Part shown: in pieces, positions 56,305 to 64,000 of the stretch
Position numbering within the stretch: position 1 is the stretch's first letter
Layout: each line of letters opens with the position of its first letter
DNA from: an uncultured Candidatus Saccharibacteria bacterium
Lineage (GTDB): Bacteria > Patescibacteriota > Minisyncoccia > Phycocordibacterales > UBA5272
Direction of reading: 5' to 3'
Assembly (NCBI GenBank): GCA_964491805.1
Contig: CAZBGU010000001.1
Span: 1,446 to 65,445, forward strand
Length of the DNA stretch: 64,000 nt
Position numbers and translations under genes: made by a program
Notes under the pieces: generated by a model
The model's database searches: none
What the model saw: only the letters and a program-made list of their open reading frames with translations
What the model was told of the DNA's origin: nothing

Positions 56305-58077
56305 TTACACTTGGTGGGCTACCAGACTTTGATACACTTCGTTACCCTCCATAAGTTCATCGTGAGTTCCTTCCCCAACAATACGACCTTTATCCATAAC
56401 AATAATCTTGTCAGCATCACGAACAGTAGAGAGGCGATGTGCGATGATGATAGTAGTTTTGCCTTTAGAAACTTCTGCAATTGCGTCCATCACGTATTTC
56501 TCATTTTCGCTATCTAGTGAAGATGTTGCTTCATCGAAGATAAGTATCTCTGGGTTTTTTATAATAGCTCGTGCTATACCAACACGTTGTCGCTCACCAC
56601 CTGAAAGTTTAATCCCACGTTCTCCTACAACTGTTTCAAATTTCTTCTCACCAAGTCTATGGTAAAATTGGTCGATACGAGCTTGCTTTGCAACATTTTC
56701 AAGCATGACAGAGGTTTCATTTATCTTTTCATCTATTCCAAAAAGAATGTTTTCTCTAAGCGTCTCATCTAATAGATCTACATGTTGTTCAACATACCCA
56801 ATATGTTTACGTAAGTATGATGCATTAATTTTTTGTAATTCGGTATTTCCAATCATAATGGAACCTGTGTGATATTGGTATGCTCTCATGAGTAGTTTTA
56901 TAATTGTTGATTTTCCAGATCCTGACGATCCAACAAAGGCCGTTGTCTTCATTTTTGGTATAACAAAAGAAATCGAATCAAGTACAGGTAAGTTTGATTT
57001 TTTGTATGAAAATGAAACGTTACGTAGAATAATATCTTCATTGAGCAAAATGTCATGTTCACCATCTTCAATAAAAGATGGTTCTTTATCCACTGCTTCT
57101 AGGTATTTCTCTACATCTAAAAACCAAATAGGTAGATCTCGTAATGCGGAAGAAAATGAGTCTATACTCCAGTAAATTCTAGAAGTAACACTTAGTACTA
57201 AGTAGAGAGTGCCTACAGGTAAGTTTCCTATTGTAAACAAGTATGCTGCAATACCTAGTGACATAAGTTCACTCACATCACGAAAAGTATATAGTTTAAA
57301 CATGTGTTCTCTGGCAAATTTTTTTGTTATTAAGTGATGGTTAACTATTTTGGCTCTATTAGCAATATATCGTTTAACAAAAAAAGATTCCCTTCCAAAA
57401 TATTTTGCTAGAGCTAGATGTGAAAATGCTTCTGTTCTTACTTTGTTTTGTATATTCCAGTTATCTCTATTTTCTTGAATAAATGGATTGTGGAATTTTC
57501 TAAAATAAAATGACCAGACAAGTAAAATGATGATAACGATAACACTTACAAAAGCAAGAAACGGGCTATAGATAAAAAGTGTTACAAGTGCAACTATTGT
57601 ATACAGTGTTGTCGGGATTATATTAGCAAAAATAGTACTAACAATTGTTACTGCTGCATTTTCACCTTTTGATATGATTTGTAATTTAATCGATGAGTGG
57701 TCTTCGATATGTTGCTCAATTGTTAAATTAAGTATTTTTTCAAGAGAATATTTTTGAAGATACTGAGCAATTGGTTGATCGAGCTTCGAGTCCTTTATAC
57801 GATTTTGAAGGAATGAGGTTATATTCAAAATAACTACAATGAAAATCCATAGAACGAACATCATCACAGCGAGCTGAATATTTTTTGAGACAAGATTGTT
57901 GATGAGGTGGCTGTTGACTACTGTTGTTGAGATGGAAAGAAGCTGTACTAAGAAAACAAGTAAAAGCTGAATAACAAAATATATTTGAAATGGCTTAAGA
58001 ATATTCCATAACTTTACGACAATAGAAAAATATTTTTGCATCTTCTCAGCATAGCAAAATGGACGGCTCTTAGCCAT
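56305..58077 (-). CDS. ABC exporter, fused permease and ATPase (MsbA/type I exporter-like)
   Basis: 6 TM, then Walker A 'GSSGSGKSTI', signature 'LSGGERQRVGIARAI', Walker B 'ILIFDEATS'. Confidence 0.85.
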   Translation of the reverse strand: MAKSRPFCYAEKMQKYFSIVVKLWNILKPFQIYFVIQLLLVFLVQLLSISTTVVNSHLINNLVSKNIQLAVMMFVLWIFIVVILNITSFLQNRIKDSKLDQPIAQYLQKYSLEKILNLTIEQHIEDHSSIKLQIISKGENAAVTIVSTIFANIIPTTLYTIVALVTLFIYSPFLAFVSVIVIIILLVWSFYFRKFHNPFIQENRDNWNIQNKVRTEAFSHLALAKYFGRESFFVKRYIANRAKIVNHHLITKKFAREHMFKLYTFRDVSELMSLGIAAYLFTIGNLPVGTLYLVLSVTSRIYWSIDSFSSALRDLPIWFLDVEKYLEAVDKEPSFIEDGEHDILLNEDIILRNVSFSYKKSNLPVLDSISFVIPKMKTTAFVGSSGSGKSTIIKLLMRAYQYHTGSIMIGNTELQKINASYLRKHIGYVEQHVDLLDETLRENILFGIDEKINETSVMLENVAKQARIDQFYHRLGEKKFETVVGERGIKLSGGERQRVGIARAIIKNPEILIFDEATSSLDSENEKYVMDAIAEVSKGKTTIIIAHRLSTVRDADKIIVMDKGRIVGEGTHDELMEGNEVYQSLVAHQV

Positions 58078-58173
58078 TAGCTTGTAGCTGTTAGTAAATA
58101 CGAAGCAATCTCCAAAGGAGATTGCTTCGTATTTTGTATATGTATGGCTACGAGCTAAAGGCTACTATCTGCC

Positions 58174-59085
58174 TTATGCGTGAAGGTGGAGATAAATATC
58201 CTCTAGTGCACGCACTGCGTCGCCTGCTGCGATATTGTTCTGGTGATAGAGCACATCGGTACAGTCTCCTGCTGCCCAGATACCTTTCACAGAGGTCTCT
58301 TGAGTGCGAGGATTGATAACAATGTTGTTGGTTGGTGTCATCTCAACAATGCCTGTAGCAAACGACGTCGCAGGAATTTGCCCGATCTCCACGAAGACCG
58401 CTGATACCGGAAGCTTGACTTCCTCACTATCAGAATCTTTTTTGTAAGAAATCGATTCTACGAAAACAGAGCCTTCAACTTTTGTCGGCGCAACATTTTC
58501 AATGAGTGTAAACTTAGGATTGGTTTTAAGCTTTTCTACTGTTATAGCATCAGCTCGTGGTGCGCTACGAGAGAGAAGGGTCACATGAGTGCAGTATGCA
58601 AGAAGCTGTGCAGCAGATTCAAAACCTGCGTTGCCACCACCAACAACAACAACATCCATTCCAGAGAATAATGGTCCATCACACGAAGCGCAGTAGGTGA
58701 GTCCTTTGTGTTCGAGTGTGTCAGCGCCAGGGACATCTAGCCTGCGTCTTTGTGATCCTGTGCCAATAAGTACAGTTTTACTTTTTTCTTCACCTTTAGA
58801 TGTTGTTACAGTGAAGTCACCATCTATTCCCTTGATACTAGTTACTTCTGCTTCGAGTATTGTGAGAATATTGCCTTTGTATTCTTCAACGTGTGTACGA
58901 AGTGATTTCGCAAGATTTGCACCACTGATATGTGGTGTTCCGATCCAGTTCTGAATATCTTCTGATACGGTTGACTGACCTCCCCATTCTTTAACAATAA
59001 GGAGAGTTTTAAGTTGTTTGCGTGCCGCATAGACTGCTGCAGCACACCCTGCAGGTCCTCCGCCGATAATTGTTACGTCGTACAT
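58174..59085 (-). CDS. trxB: Thioredoxin reductase (NADPH) TrxB
   Basis: 'YDVTIIGGGPAGCAAAVYAAR', redox 'CASCDG', NADPH site 'VVVVGGGNAG'. Confidence 0.85.
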   Translation of the reverse strand: MYDVTIIGGGPAGCAAAVYAARKQLKTLLIVKEWGGQSTVSEDIQNWIGTPHISGANLAKSLRTHVEEYKGNILTILEAEVTSIKGIDGDFTVTTSKGEEKSKTVLIGTGSQRRRLDVPGADTLEHKGLTYCASCDGPLFSGMDVVVVGGGNAGFESAAQLLAYCTHVTLLSRSAPRADAITVEKLKTNPKFTLIENVAPTKVEGSVFVESISYKKDSDSEEVKLPVSAVFVEIGQIPATSFATGIVEMTPTNNIVINPRTQETSVKGIWAAGDCTDVLYHQNNIAAGDAVRALEDIYLHLHA

Positions 59086-59239
59086 AGTTTATGATTTTAG
59101 CTATCTTAATGTTAATGGGATCTGAAAAGTATATCACAGTAACGGTATCCAGTAATTTTAGGATGCATATCTTTGTTTTTGTAAGAAAGGACAAAGGTGC
59201 ACAGATTTCCTGTGCACCTGAGTTTGTGTGCCGTTGTCT

Positions 59240-59755
59240 TTACTCGGTGAAAGCGTTCAAGTTTCGTTTCACTCGAATGTTTCCAACGACGACTAGTGTG
59301 CTCACCAAGAGAGCGTGGAAGATGGTTACCGCCATCCCCCACACCTTCTCTTTTATTGTGTCATCTTGTATCGGCGCTGTGCTGTACAGCCACCCAACCG
59401 CTAAAGAAAGAACAAAGGATGCGAGTGTTATCGCCGTCATTGTGGTGATGCTTCTATTCGTCAACTGAGGGCTGTCATTTGTTGCAAGATAGAAACCTGA
59501 TATCACTCCAAGCGAATACGCAACCATCCCCAGTAAGAGGAAGTACGCTAGCTCAAGGATGGCCTCCGTTCCTGTTTCTGGAATGAGTCCAGCCTTGGTA
59601 ACCACTCTCAGTGACGTGAAGATTGTCCCAATGAGTGCTGTTAGGAAGTACTTCTCCTTCAGGAACAGGCTCCTTTCTGTTAGTCCTGGTGGCAGGGACA
59701 GATCAGACGATCTCTTACTTCTTTGCATTTGGTCCTCCAGTTGAATAGGTATCAT
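59240..59755 (-). CDS. Hypothetical 4-TM membrane protein
   Basis: Hydrophobicity only. Confidence 0.3.
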   Translation of the reverse strand: MIPIQLEDQMQRSKRSSDLSLPPGLTERSLFLKEKYFLTALIGTIFTSLRVVTKAGLIPETGTEAILELAYFLLLGMVAYSLGVISGFYLATNDSPQLTNRSITTMTAITLASFVLSLAVGWLYSTAPIQDDTIKEKVWGMAVTIFHALLVSTLVVVGNIRVKRNLNAFTE

Positions 59756-59879
59756 ACTACAATATGTTTAGAAGTAAGTAAATAGATCTACTTTTACTGT
59801 ATGTAATGTAAACAAAAACACAGCGCGACGAGCTGTGTTTTTGTTGTAGAAGCAGGTTGCTTGGCGTACCTTTCCTATG

Positions 59880-61160
59880 TTATTTTTTTCTCCTTAGAAA
59901 TGGAGGAAGTGCCTCCCATTCATCATCATCGTCTTCATCTTCAAATTTGAATACAGGCTTTCGTGCCGATGTTGATGATGGTTTCTTTGTATCTTCAACA
60001 AGTTTTGTTTCTCCTTCTGCCATTTCGAGATCAATGCGATCGACATGTTTTTCTTCGGTTGCCTCGATTATTGTCTCTCGGATTGTTTCTGTTTTTTCGA
60101 TACGTGGCTCAGGTTTCAGGGATTCTTCCTTCTCTTTGTGTGCTGGCTTCTCCTCGTGCATATTATGGAGATTCATTGTTGCTTGGTTTGTTTTGTTTGT
60201 GAAGCCACTAGGAAATCCGGTTGCGATTACTGTTACTTTGATCTCATCTTTTTTTAATGTTGAGTCTGTTGCGATACCAAAAATAATTTTTGCATCCTTA
60301 TCTACCGATTCGGTGATAATCTTTGCCGCTTCTTGAACCTCGAACATTCCAAGGTCTTCAGCTCCATAAATTGCAAAGAGTACACCTTTTGCACCGTGGA
60401 TTGAAACATCAAGAAGAGGGGAGTTGACTGCTGCTGTTGCTGCTTCGCGCGCACGGTTCTCGCCCATACCACGACCAACACCCATAAGCGCGGTGCCTGA
60501 GTCCTTGAGGATTCTTTTGATATCAGCAAAGTCGAGGTTAATTGTTCCGGCTGTTCGTATGATATCAGAAATACCTTCTACTGCTTGTTTCAAAACCTCG
60601 TCACACATTTCAAATGCTTGCTTCACTGTTGTGTTTTTATCAATGACAGAAAGAAGTCGATCGTTAGGGATTACAATAAGAGCATCTACTTCTTTTTCAA
60701 GTTCTTCAAGTCCGCGTTCTGCAAGCTTCATGCGAGAGGCTCCTTCAAAGAAGAATGGTTTTGTGACAACACCAATAGTTAGGATGCCCTCGTTTTTTGC
60801 AACTGAGGCAACAACAGGTGCAGCTCCTGTTCCTGTTCCTCCTCCCATACCACCTGCGATGAACACCATGTCAGCCCCTTTGATGACATCTTGAATTTCT
60901 TCACGAGTTTCTTCAGCGGAACGCTTGCCAATTTCTGGGTCCATACCAGCGCCAAGTCCTTTTGTGAGATTTTTACCAATGTGGATTTTTTTCTCTGCGA
61001 GCGAATGATGGAGATCTTGTGTATCTGTATTCATTGCCACAAATTCAACTCCTTGTAGTTTGGAATTGATCATGTGGTTAAGCGCTCCTTTTCCTGAACC
61101 TCCGATACCAATTACTTTGATACGTGCGAAGCTTTCAATTTCTGGGTTTACTTTTGCCAT
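59880..61160 (-). CDS. ftsZ: Cell division GTPase FtsZ with long Glu/Lys-rich C-terminal tail
   Basis: Tubulin signature 'GGGTGTGAAPVVA', 'VIGIGGSGKGAL'. Confidence 0.9.
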   Translation of the reverse strand: MAKVNPEIESFARIKVIGIGGSGKGALNHMINSKLQGVEFVAMNTDTQDLHHSLAEKKIHIGKNLTKGLGAGMDPEIGKRSAEETREEIQDVIKGADMVFIAGGMGGGTGTGAAPVVASVAKNEGILTIGVVTKPFFFEGASRMKLAERGLEELEKEVDALIVIPNDRLLSVIDKNTTVKQAFEMCDEVLKQAVEGISDIIRTAGTINLDFADIKRILKDSGTALMGVGRGMGENRAREAATAAVNSPLLDVSIHGAKGVLFAIYGAEDLGMFEVQEAAKIITESVDKDAKIIFGIATDSTLKKDEIKVTVIATGFPSGFTNKTNQATMNLHNMHEEKPAHKEKEESLKPEPRIEKTETIRETIIEATEEKHVDRIDLEMAEGETKLVEDTKKPSSTSARKPVFKFEDEDDDDEWEALPPFLRRKK

Positions 61161-61265
61161 AAGGGGTTTGGTGTCATTACATTACTATACAGTAACTATA
61201 CCAACTTGGAGGCATTTTTGCAAAGGGGGTAGTCTTGCTTAAATATATTAAAAAATCCTTATTTA

Positions 61266-62414
61266 TTAAGGTAAAAATTGAGAAATAACTTTTTTGACAC
61301 GAATGAAAAATGATGTTAGTAGCTCCTTAAAAGCATCTTTTTCTGTATCATGTGGAGCAAGGAATGTTAGACCATAACTTCGTGCCCAACTGCTGTCCTT
61401 AAGCATATCGCCTGTAATTTTTGTGAGTTCATTCGTTGTAACTTTTATAGGTAGACGAAGTTCATTTCTAAAAATAAATTCTAAGCGCGGAACGAGTGAC
61501 GATGCACCACTTACGACAATGCCTGCAGGAAGCAGTTCGGAGCGCTGTATGCGCATGAGCTCTTTTGTAATTTTTGTACATAGGTCTTCGAGACGCGCTT
61601 CGATGATTTCCTCTACTTTTCGTTTTGAGTAAGGGGAAAGAGATCTCCCACATTTTACTTCTTCGGCTTCCTCAAGTGTAATCTTCATACCAAGTGCAAT
61701 ATCCTTTGTAATGTCATCACCTCCTACTGGAATTGTTGAAACAAGTAGCGGAATATTTTTTTCGTACACAAGAAGTGAAGTGACCGCCTGTCCAATATTG
61801 ATGAGTGCGACACCAGCTATCTTCTGTTTTTTTGTAAGAAGTGGAATACTTTCGGCAATTGGTCCAGCAACAATATCCGTAATTCGTACGTCAGCGTCCT
61901 CAAGTGTTCTCTTGAGTACATTCATGCATTGGAGAGGGTAGGTTACAAAGAGTGTTTTTGTTTCTAGTTTGTTGCCGCGTACACCGATGATGTTTCCTTG
62001 AATCTTGTTGCCGTCTACTTTGTAATCCATAGGTATTGCATGCACAATAGACTTGTTGCGAATATCTGGGATAGCACGGTTCCCATCTTTAATTGAGTTT
62101 TCTATATCGAGGTCAGTGATCGATGCATCTCCACGTGACACTTGTGCATAGCCGTTTGTGTGATGTGATGAGAGTCCGACTGCACCAAGAGAGATAAGTG
62201 TATAAAGGGTTTCAGTATCAGATTGCTCCTCAAGCGAAATGATCGCATCGGTGATTGCGCGTGAAATTTCTTTTTCATCAACAATATTACCTCTATCAAC
62301 TCCGTCAATTGATTTTTTGTAAGTAGCAACGACGACTGGGTATTTCACTCCTTCGCGCCGAACAGCTCCGATTGCGCGGAGGTTGCCAGAGCCTATATCT
62401 ATACCCACAATCAT
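61266..62414 (-). CDS. ftsA: Cell division protein FtsA
   Basis: Actin-like 'MIVGIDIGSGNLRAIG'. Immediately upstream of ftsZ on the same strand. Confidence 0.8.
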   Translation of the reverse strand: MIVGIDIGSGNLRAIGAVRREGVKYPVVVATYKKSIDGVDRGNIVDEKEISRAITDAIISLEEQSDTETLYTLISLGAVGLSSHHTNGYAQVSRGDASITDLDIENSIKDGNRAIPDIRNKSIVHAIPMDYKVDGNKIQGNIIGVRGNKLETKTLFVTYPLQCMNVLKRTLEDADVRITDIVAGPIAESIPLLTKKQKIAGVALINIGQAVTSLLVYEKNIPLLVSTIPVGGDDITKDIALGMKITLEEAEEVKCGRSLSPYSKRKVEEIIEARLEDLCTKITKELMRIQRSELLPAGIVVSGASSLVPRLEFIFRNELRLPIKVTTNELTKITGDMLKDSSWARSYGLTFLAPHDTEKDAFKELLTSFFIRVKKVISQFLP

Positions 62415-62424
62415 TTCTCTTCTG

Positions 62425-62823
62425 TTATTTGCCACGGAAAAATTTGTTAAGATACTTATCTTCAAGTCCCTCCATTGTACTACCATGATCATGTCCTTTC
62501 AAATGAAGGCACCCATGAACAAAAAGGAGATGAAGAAACTTGATGTATGTCATTTCGAACTTCGCTGCATCGCGACGTGCTGTTGCAAGTGATATGTATA
62601 TTTCTCCTTCGTGTGCATCAAGTGGAAAAGACAAGATGTTGGTCGGGTAATCCTTGTTGCGGTATATTTTATTTCTCTCTTGTGATTCTTTTTGTGTACA
62701 AAACACTACAGTAAGTACATATTTTTTTCCAAGCAGTGTTTCTTTTATTACTTTGTATGGAATCTCTGGAAGTTGACCGCGTTTTCGTAGTATGGTTAGA
62801 TTGTCGTGTTCTTGGAGTGACAT
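62425..62823 (-). CDS. ybeY: rRNA maturation endoribonuclease YbeY
   Basis: 'HGCLHLKGHDH' zinc motif. Confidence 0.8.
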   Translation of the reverse strand: MSLQEHDNLTILRKRGQLPEIPYKVIKETLLGKKYVLTVVFCTQKESQERNKIYRNKDYPTNILSFPLDAHEGEIYISLATARRDAAKFEMTYIKFLHLLFVHGCLHLKGHDHGSTMEGLEDKYLNKFFRGK

Positions 62824-62965
62824 AGTGTGAATTATAGTCTATAAAGCTTCCAAAGTCGAAACGGTACAGGGTGTGATGGCTATTATCTGGCAGCTAAAAG
62901 TCCATAAAGTTTTTTGAATAATATGCGGACATATTTTGCAAACTTTATGGACTTTTAGGTTTTTG

Positions 62966-63214
62966 TTATCTTCGGCCTTTCTTTCGTTCAACAACTTTAC
63001 CCATTCTCTTATCTTCCTCATACTTGGCGAGGTTTGCAAGTTTTTTTAGCTTCGCTCGCTTTGTCTTAAGTTCAGAAAGTGGACGGTCGTTATAACGAAT
63101 ACCTCGAACACGAGGGAGAACCCCCGATTCCTGAACACGCTTCTGGAAGCGACGAACAAGAGAAAGTGCGTTTTCATTAGAGTTCTTCTTTACTTCTACG
63201 TTTACGTTTGACAT
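62966..63214 (-). CDS. rpsU: 30S ribosomal protein bS21
   Basis: 'ALSLVRRFQKRVQESGVLPRVR...YNDRPLSELKTKR' matches the S21 pattern. Basic C-terminus. Confidence 0.55.
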   Translation of the reverse strand: MSNVNVEVKKNSNENALSLVRRFQKRVQESGVLPRVRGIRYNDRPLSELKTKRAKLKKLANLAKYEEDKRMGKVVERKKGRR

Positions 63215-63311
63215 ATGTAGGCACCATTCTACCATACTATTTTATAAAAACAAAGTGCACAGCCTGAGCTGTGCAACTGTTGCTATTTCGACACTGGAGT
63301 AGGCCTGTCGG

Positions 63312-63671
63312 TTATCGTGTGGAAGCCCAGGTCTCTCCTCTTTCCGCCAGAGCGTCTCTTATTTCATTCAACGCTCTTCGTCCGAGATCGGGCATCCTCA
63401 ATAAGTCGGTCTCGGTTCTCCTCTTGAGTTCACCGATGGTGTGAATACCGTTGTCCAAAAGAATTCCGACCGTTCTTTCGTTTAGGCCTGGCAAGACCGA
63501 AACAGGAAGGTCGTCTTCATCGGGTGAATGTGTCTGATCGCCATCTGCTGGTGAGCGCATCATCTGAACGAGATGAGCTCTTCTTTTCGAAAGCGACTCT
63601 ATTTGCCTACTGATGTAGGCGATTTTGGAAAGAACTATGTCTTTCCGATCTTTTGCCTTTCTCGTTGCCAT
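63312..63671 (-). CDS. Small protein with RNA polymerase alpha-CTD-like helix-hairpin-helix domain
   Basis: 'LPGLNERTVGILLDNGIHTIGELKRRTETDLLRMPDLGRRALNEIRDAL'. Terminator-like hairpin downstream on the minus strand (~63241-63280). Confidence 0.4.
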   Translation of the reverse strand: MATRKAKDRKDIVLSKIAYISRQIESLSKRRAHLVQMMRSPADGDQTHSPDEDDLPVSVLPGLNERTVGILLDNGIHTIGELKRRTETDLLRMPDLGRRALNEIRDALAERGETWASTR

Positions 63672-63801
63672 AGAGGCTCACTTTCCTTGTGTGGTTTGTC
63701 AACGTGCCCAGTTAAGGAGCATAGGACATTAATCTATAACATAATAGTTGATAAGTAAAGTTTATCAAACTTTTTTGTTATCCGTGTCTGCCTTCCTTCT
63801 T

Positions 63802-64000
63802 CTATTTGAGATGCTTGATATAGTCGGTAAGTGCATCTATCTTCACGGTATCTTGCGAGCGCGTTGCCATATTGCGAACGATCACAGTGTTGTCCATTGC
63901 TTCTTTTTGGCCAAAAATAATACAGTATGGGACCTCCATCTTTTCTGCCTGTGAAAGCTGTGTTCCAAGTGAGTCTTTCGATATTGATTGGTAAACAGGT
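63802..64000 (-). CDS. 3' end (anticodon-binding domain) of a class II aminoacyl-tRNA synthetase (His/Thr/Pro/Gly-type), partial at window edge
   Basis: The reverse-strand translation '...MEVPYCIIFGQKEAMDNTVIVRNMATRSQDTVKIDALTDYIKHLK*' is the classic anticodon-binding-domain ending. Confidence 0.45.
   Translation of the reverse strand, partial: PVYQSISKDSLGTQLSQAEKMEVPYCIIFGQKEAMDNTVIVRNMATRSQDTVKIDALTDYIKHLK

Noticed and set aside
59857-60894. Plus-strand ORFs of 159, 79, 70 and 156 aa, rich in Ser/Cys/Phe.
   Set aside because: These are shadow frames opposite the well-supported ftsZ gene on the minus strand.
1-64000. CRISPR arrays or cas genes.
   Set aside because: No short direct repeats with regular spacers and no Cas-like ORFs were seen anywhere in the window.

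Overview
This is an AT-rich bacterial chromosomal window with small compact genes and CCA-encoded tRNAs. Together with the type IV pilus (T4P) locus, that is suggestive (not proven) of a CPR/Patescibacteria-like organism. The content falls into six blocks.

- **Housekeeping genes:** a UvrD-like helicase, murB, rsmI, tsaD, rlmH, tRNA-Val and tRNA-Glu, mntH, an ABC exporter, trxB, the ftsZ-ftsA-ybeY-rpsU string, and a partial aaRS at the 3' edge.
- **Secreted and surface proteins, roughly 4.8-10.2 kb:** a DUF4015-like protein, a DKNYY-repeat protein, a LTD+PKD protein and a T4CP-like P-loop ATPase.
- **Carrier-protein cassette, roughly 10.2-16.5 kb, the most unusual element:** acpS, an FkbH-like HAD loader, a SAM methyltransferase, a dedicated 74-aa carrier protein, a MaoC dehydratase, an SDR reductase, an MBOAT and a membrane-anchored partner. 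This reads as a Dlt-like envelope acylation system built from polyketide-extender-unit-type enzymes.
- **Surface-glycan locus, roughly 16.6-34.0 kb:** a bacillosamine-type dehydratase/aminotransferase/N-acetyltransferase trio, a carbamoyltransferase, FkbM and class I methyltransferases, an AT3 acyltransferase, GT2/GT4/GT25/GT32 enzymes, a candidate DUF1792/GT-D pair, a Wzx flippase and a Wzy/ligase-TPR fusion.
- **Mobile elements:** a frameshifted IS30-like and an IS481-like element lie back-to-back just downstream of the two tRNAs, next to a GC-rich secreted-protein gene.
- **Type IV pilus locus, roughly 43.5-52.5 kb:** an orphan receiver, PilB, PilC, pseudopilins, a 764-aa pilin-like protein with internal repeats and two tandem major-pilin genes that are identical over their 5' ~310 nt and diverged at the 3' end. 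A sensorless histidine kinase follows.

Other oddities are an XRE-HTH::MurA fusion, an L,D-transpeptidase fused to a PBP-like domain that seems to lack its nucleophile, three GC-rich ORF-poor islands ending in hairpins, and a gene split at an A8 homopolymer.
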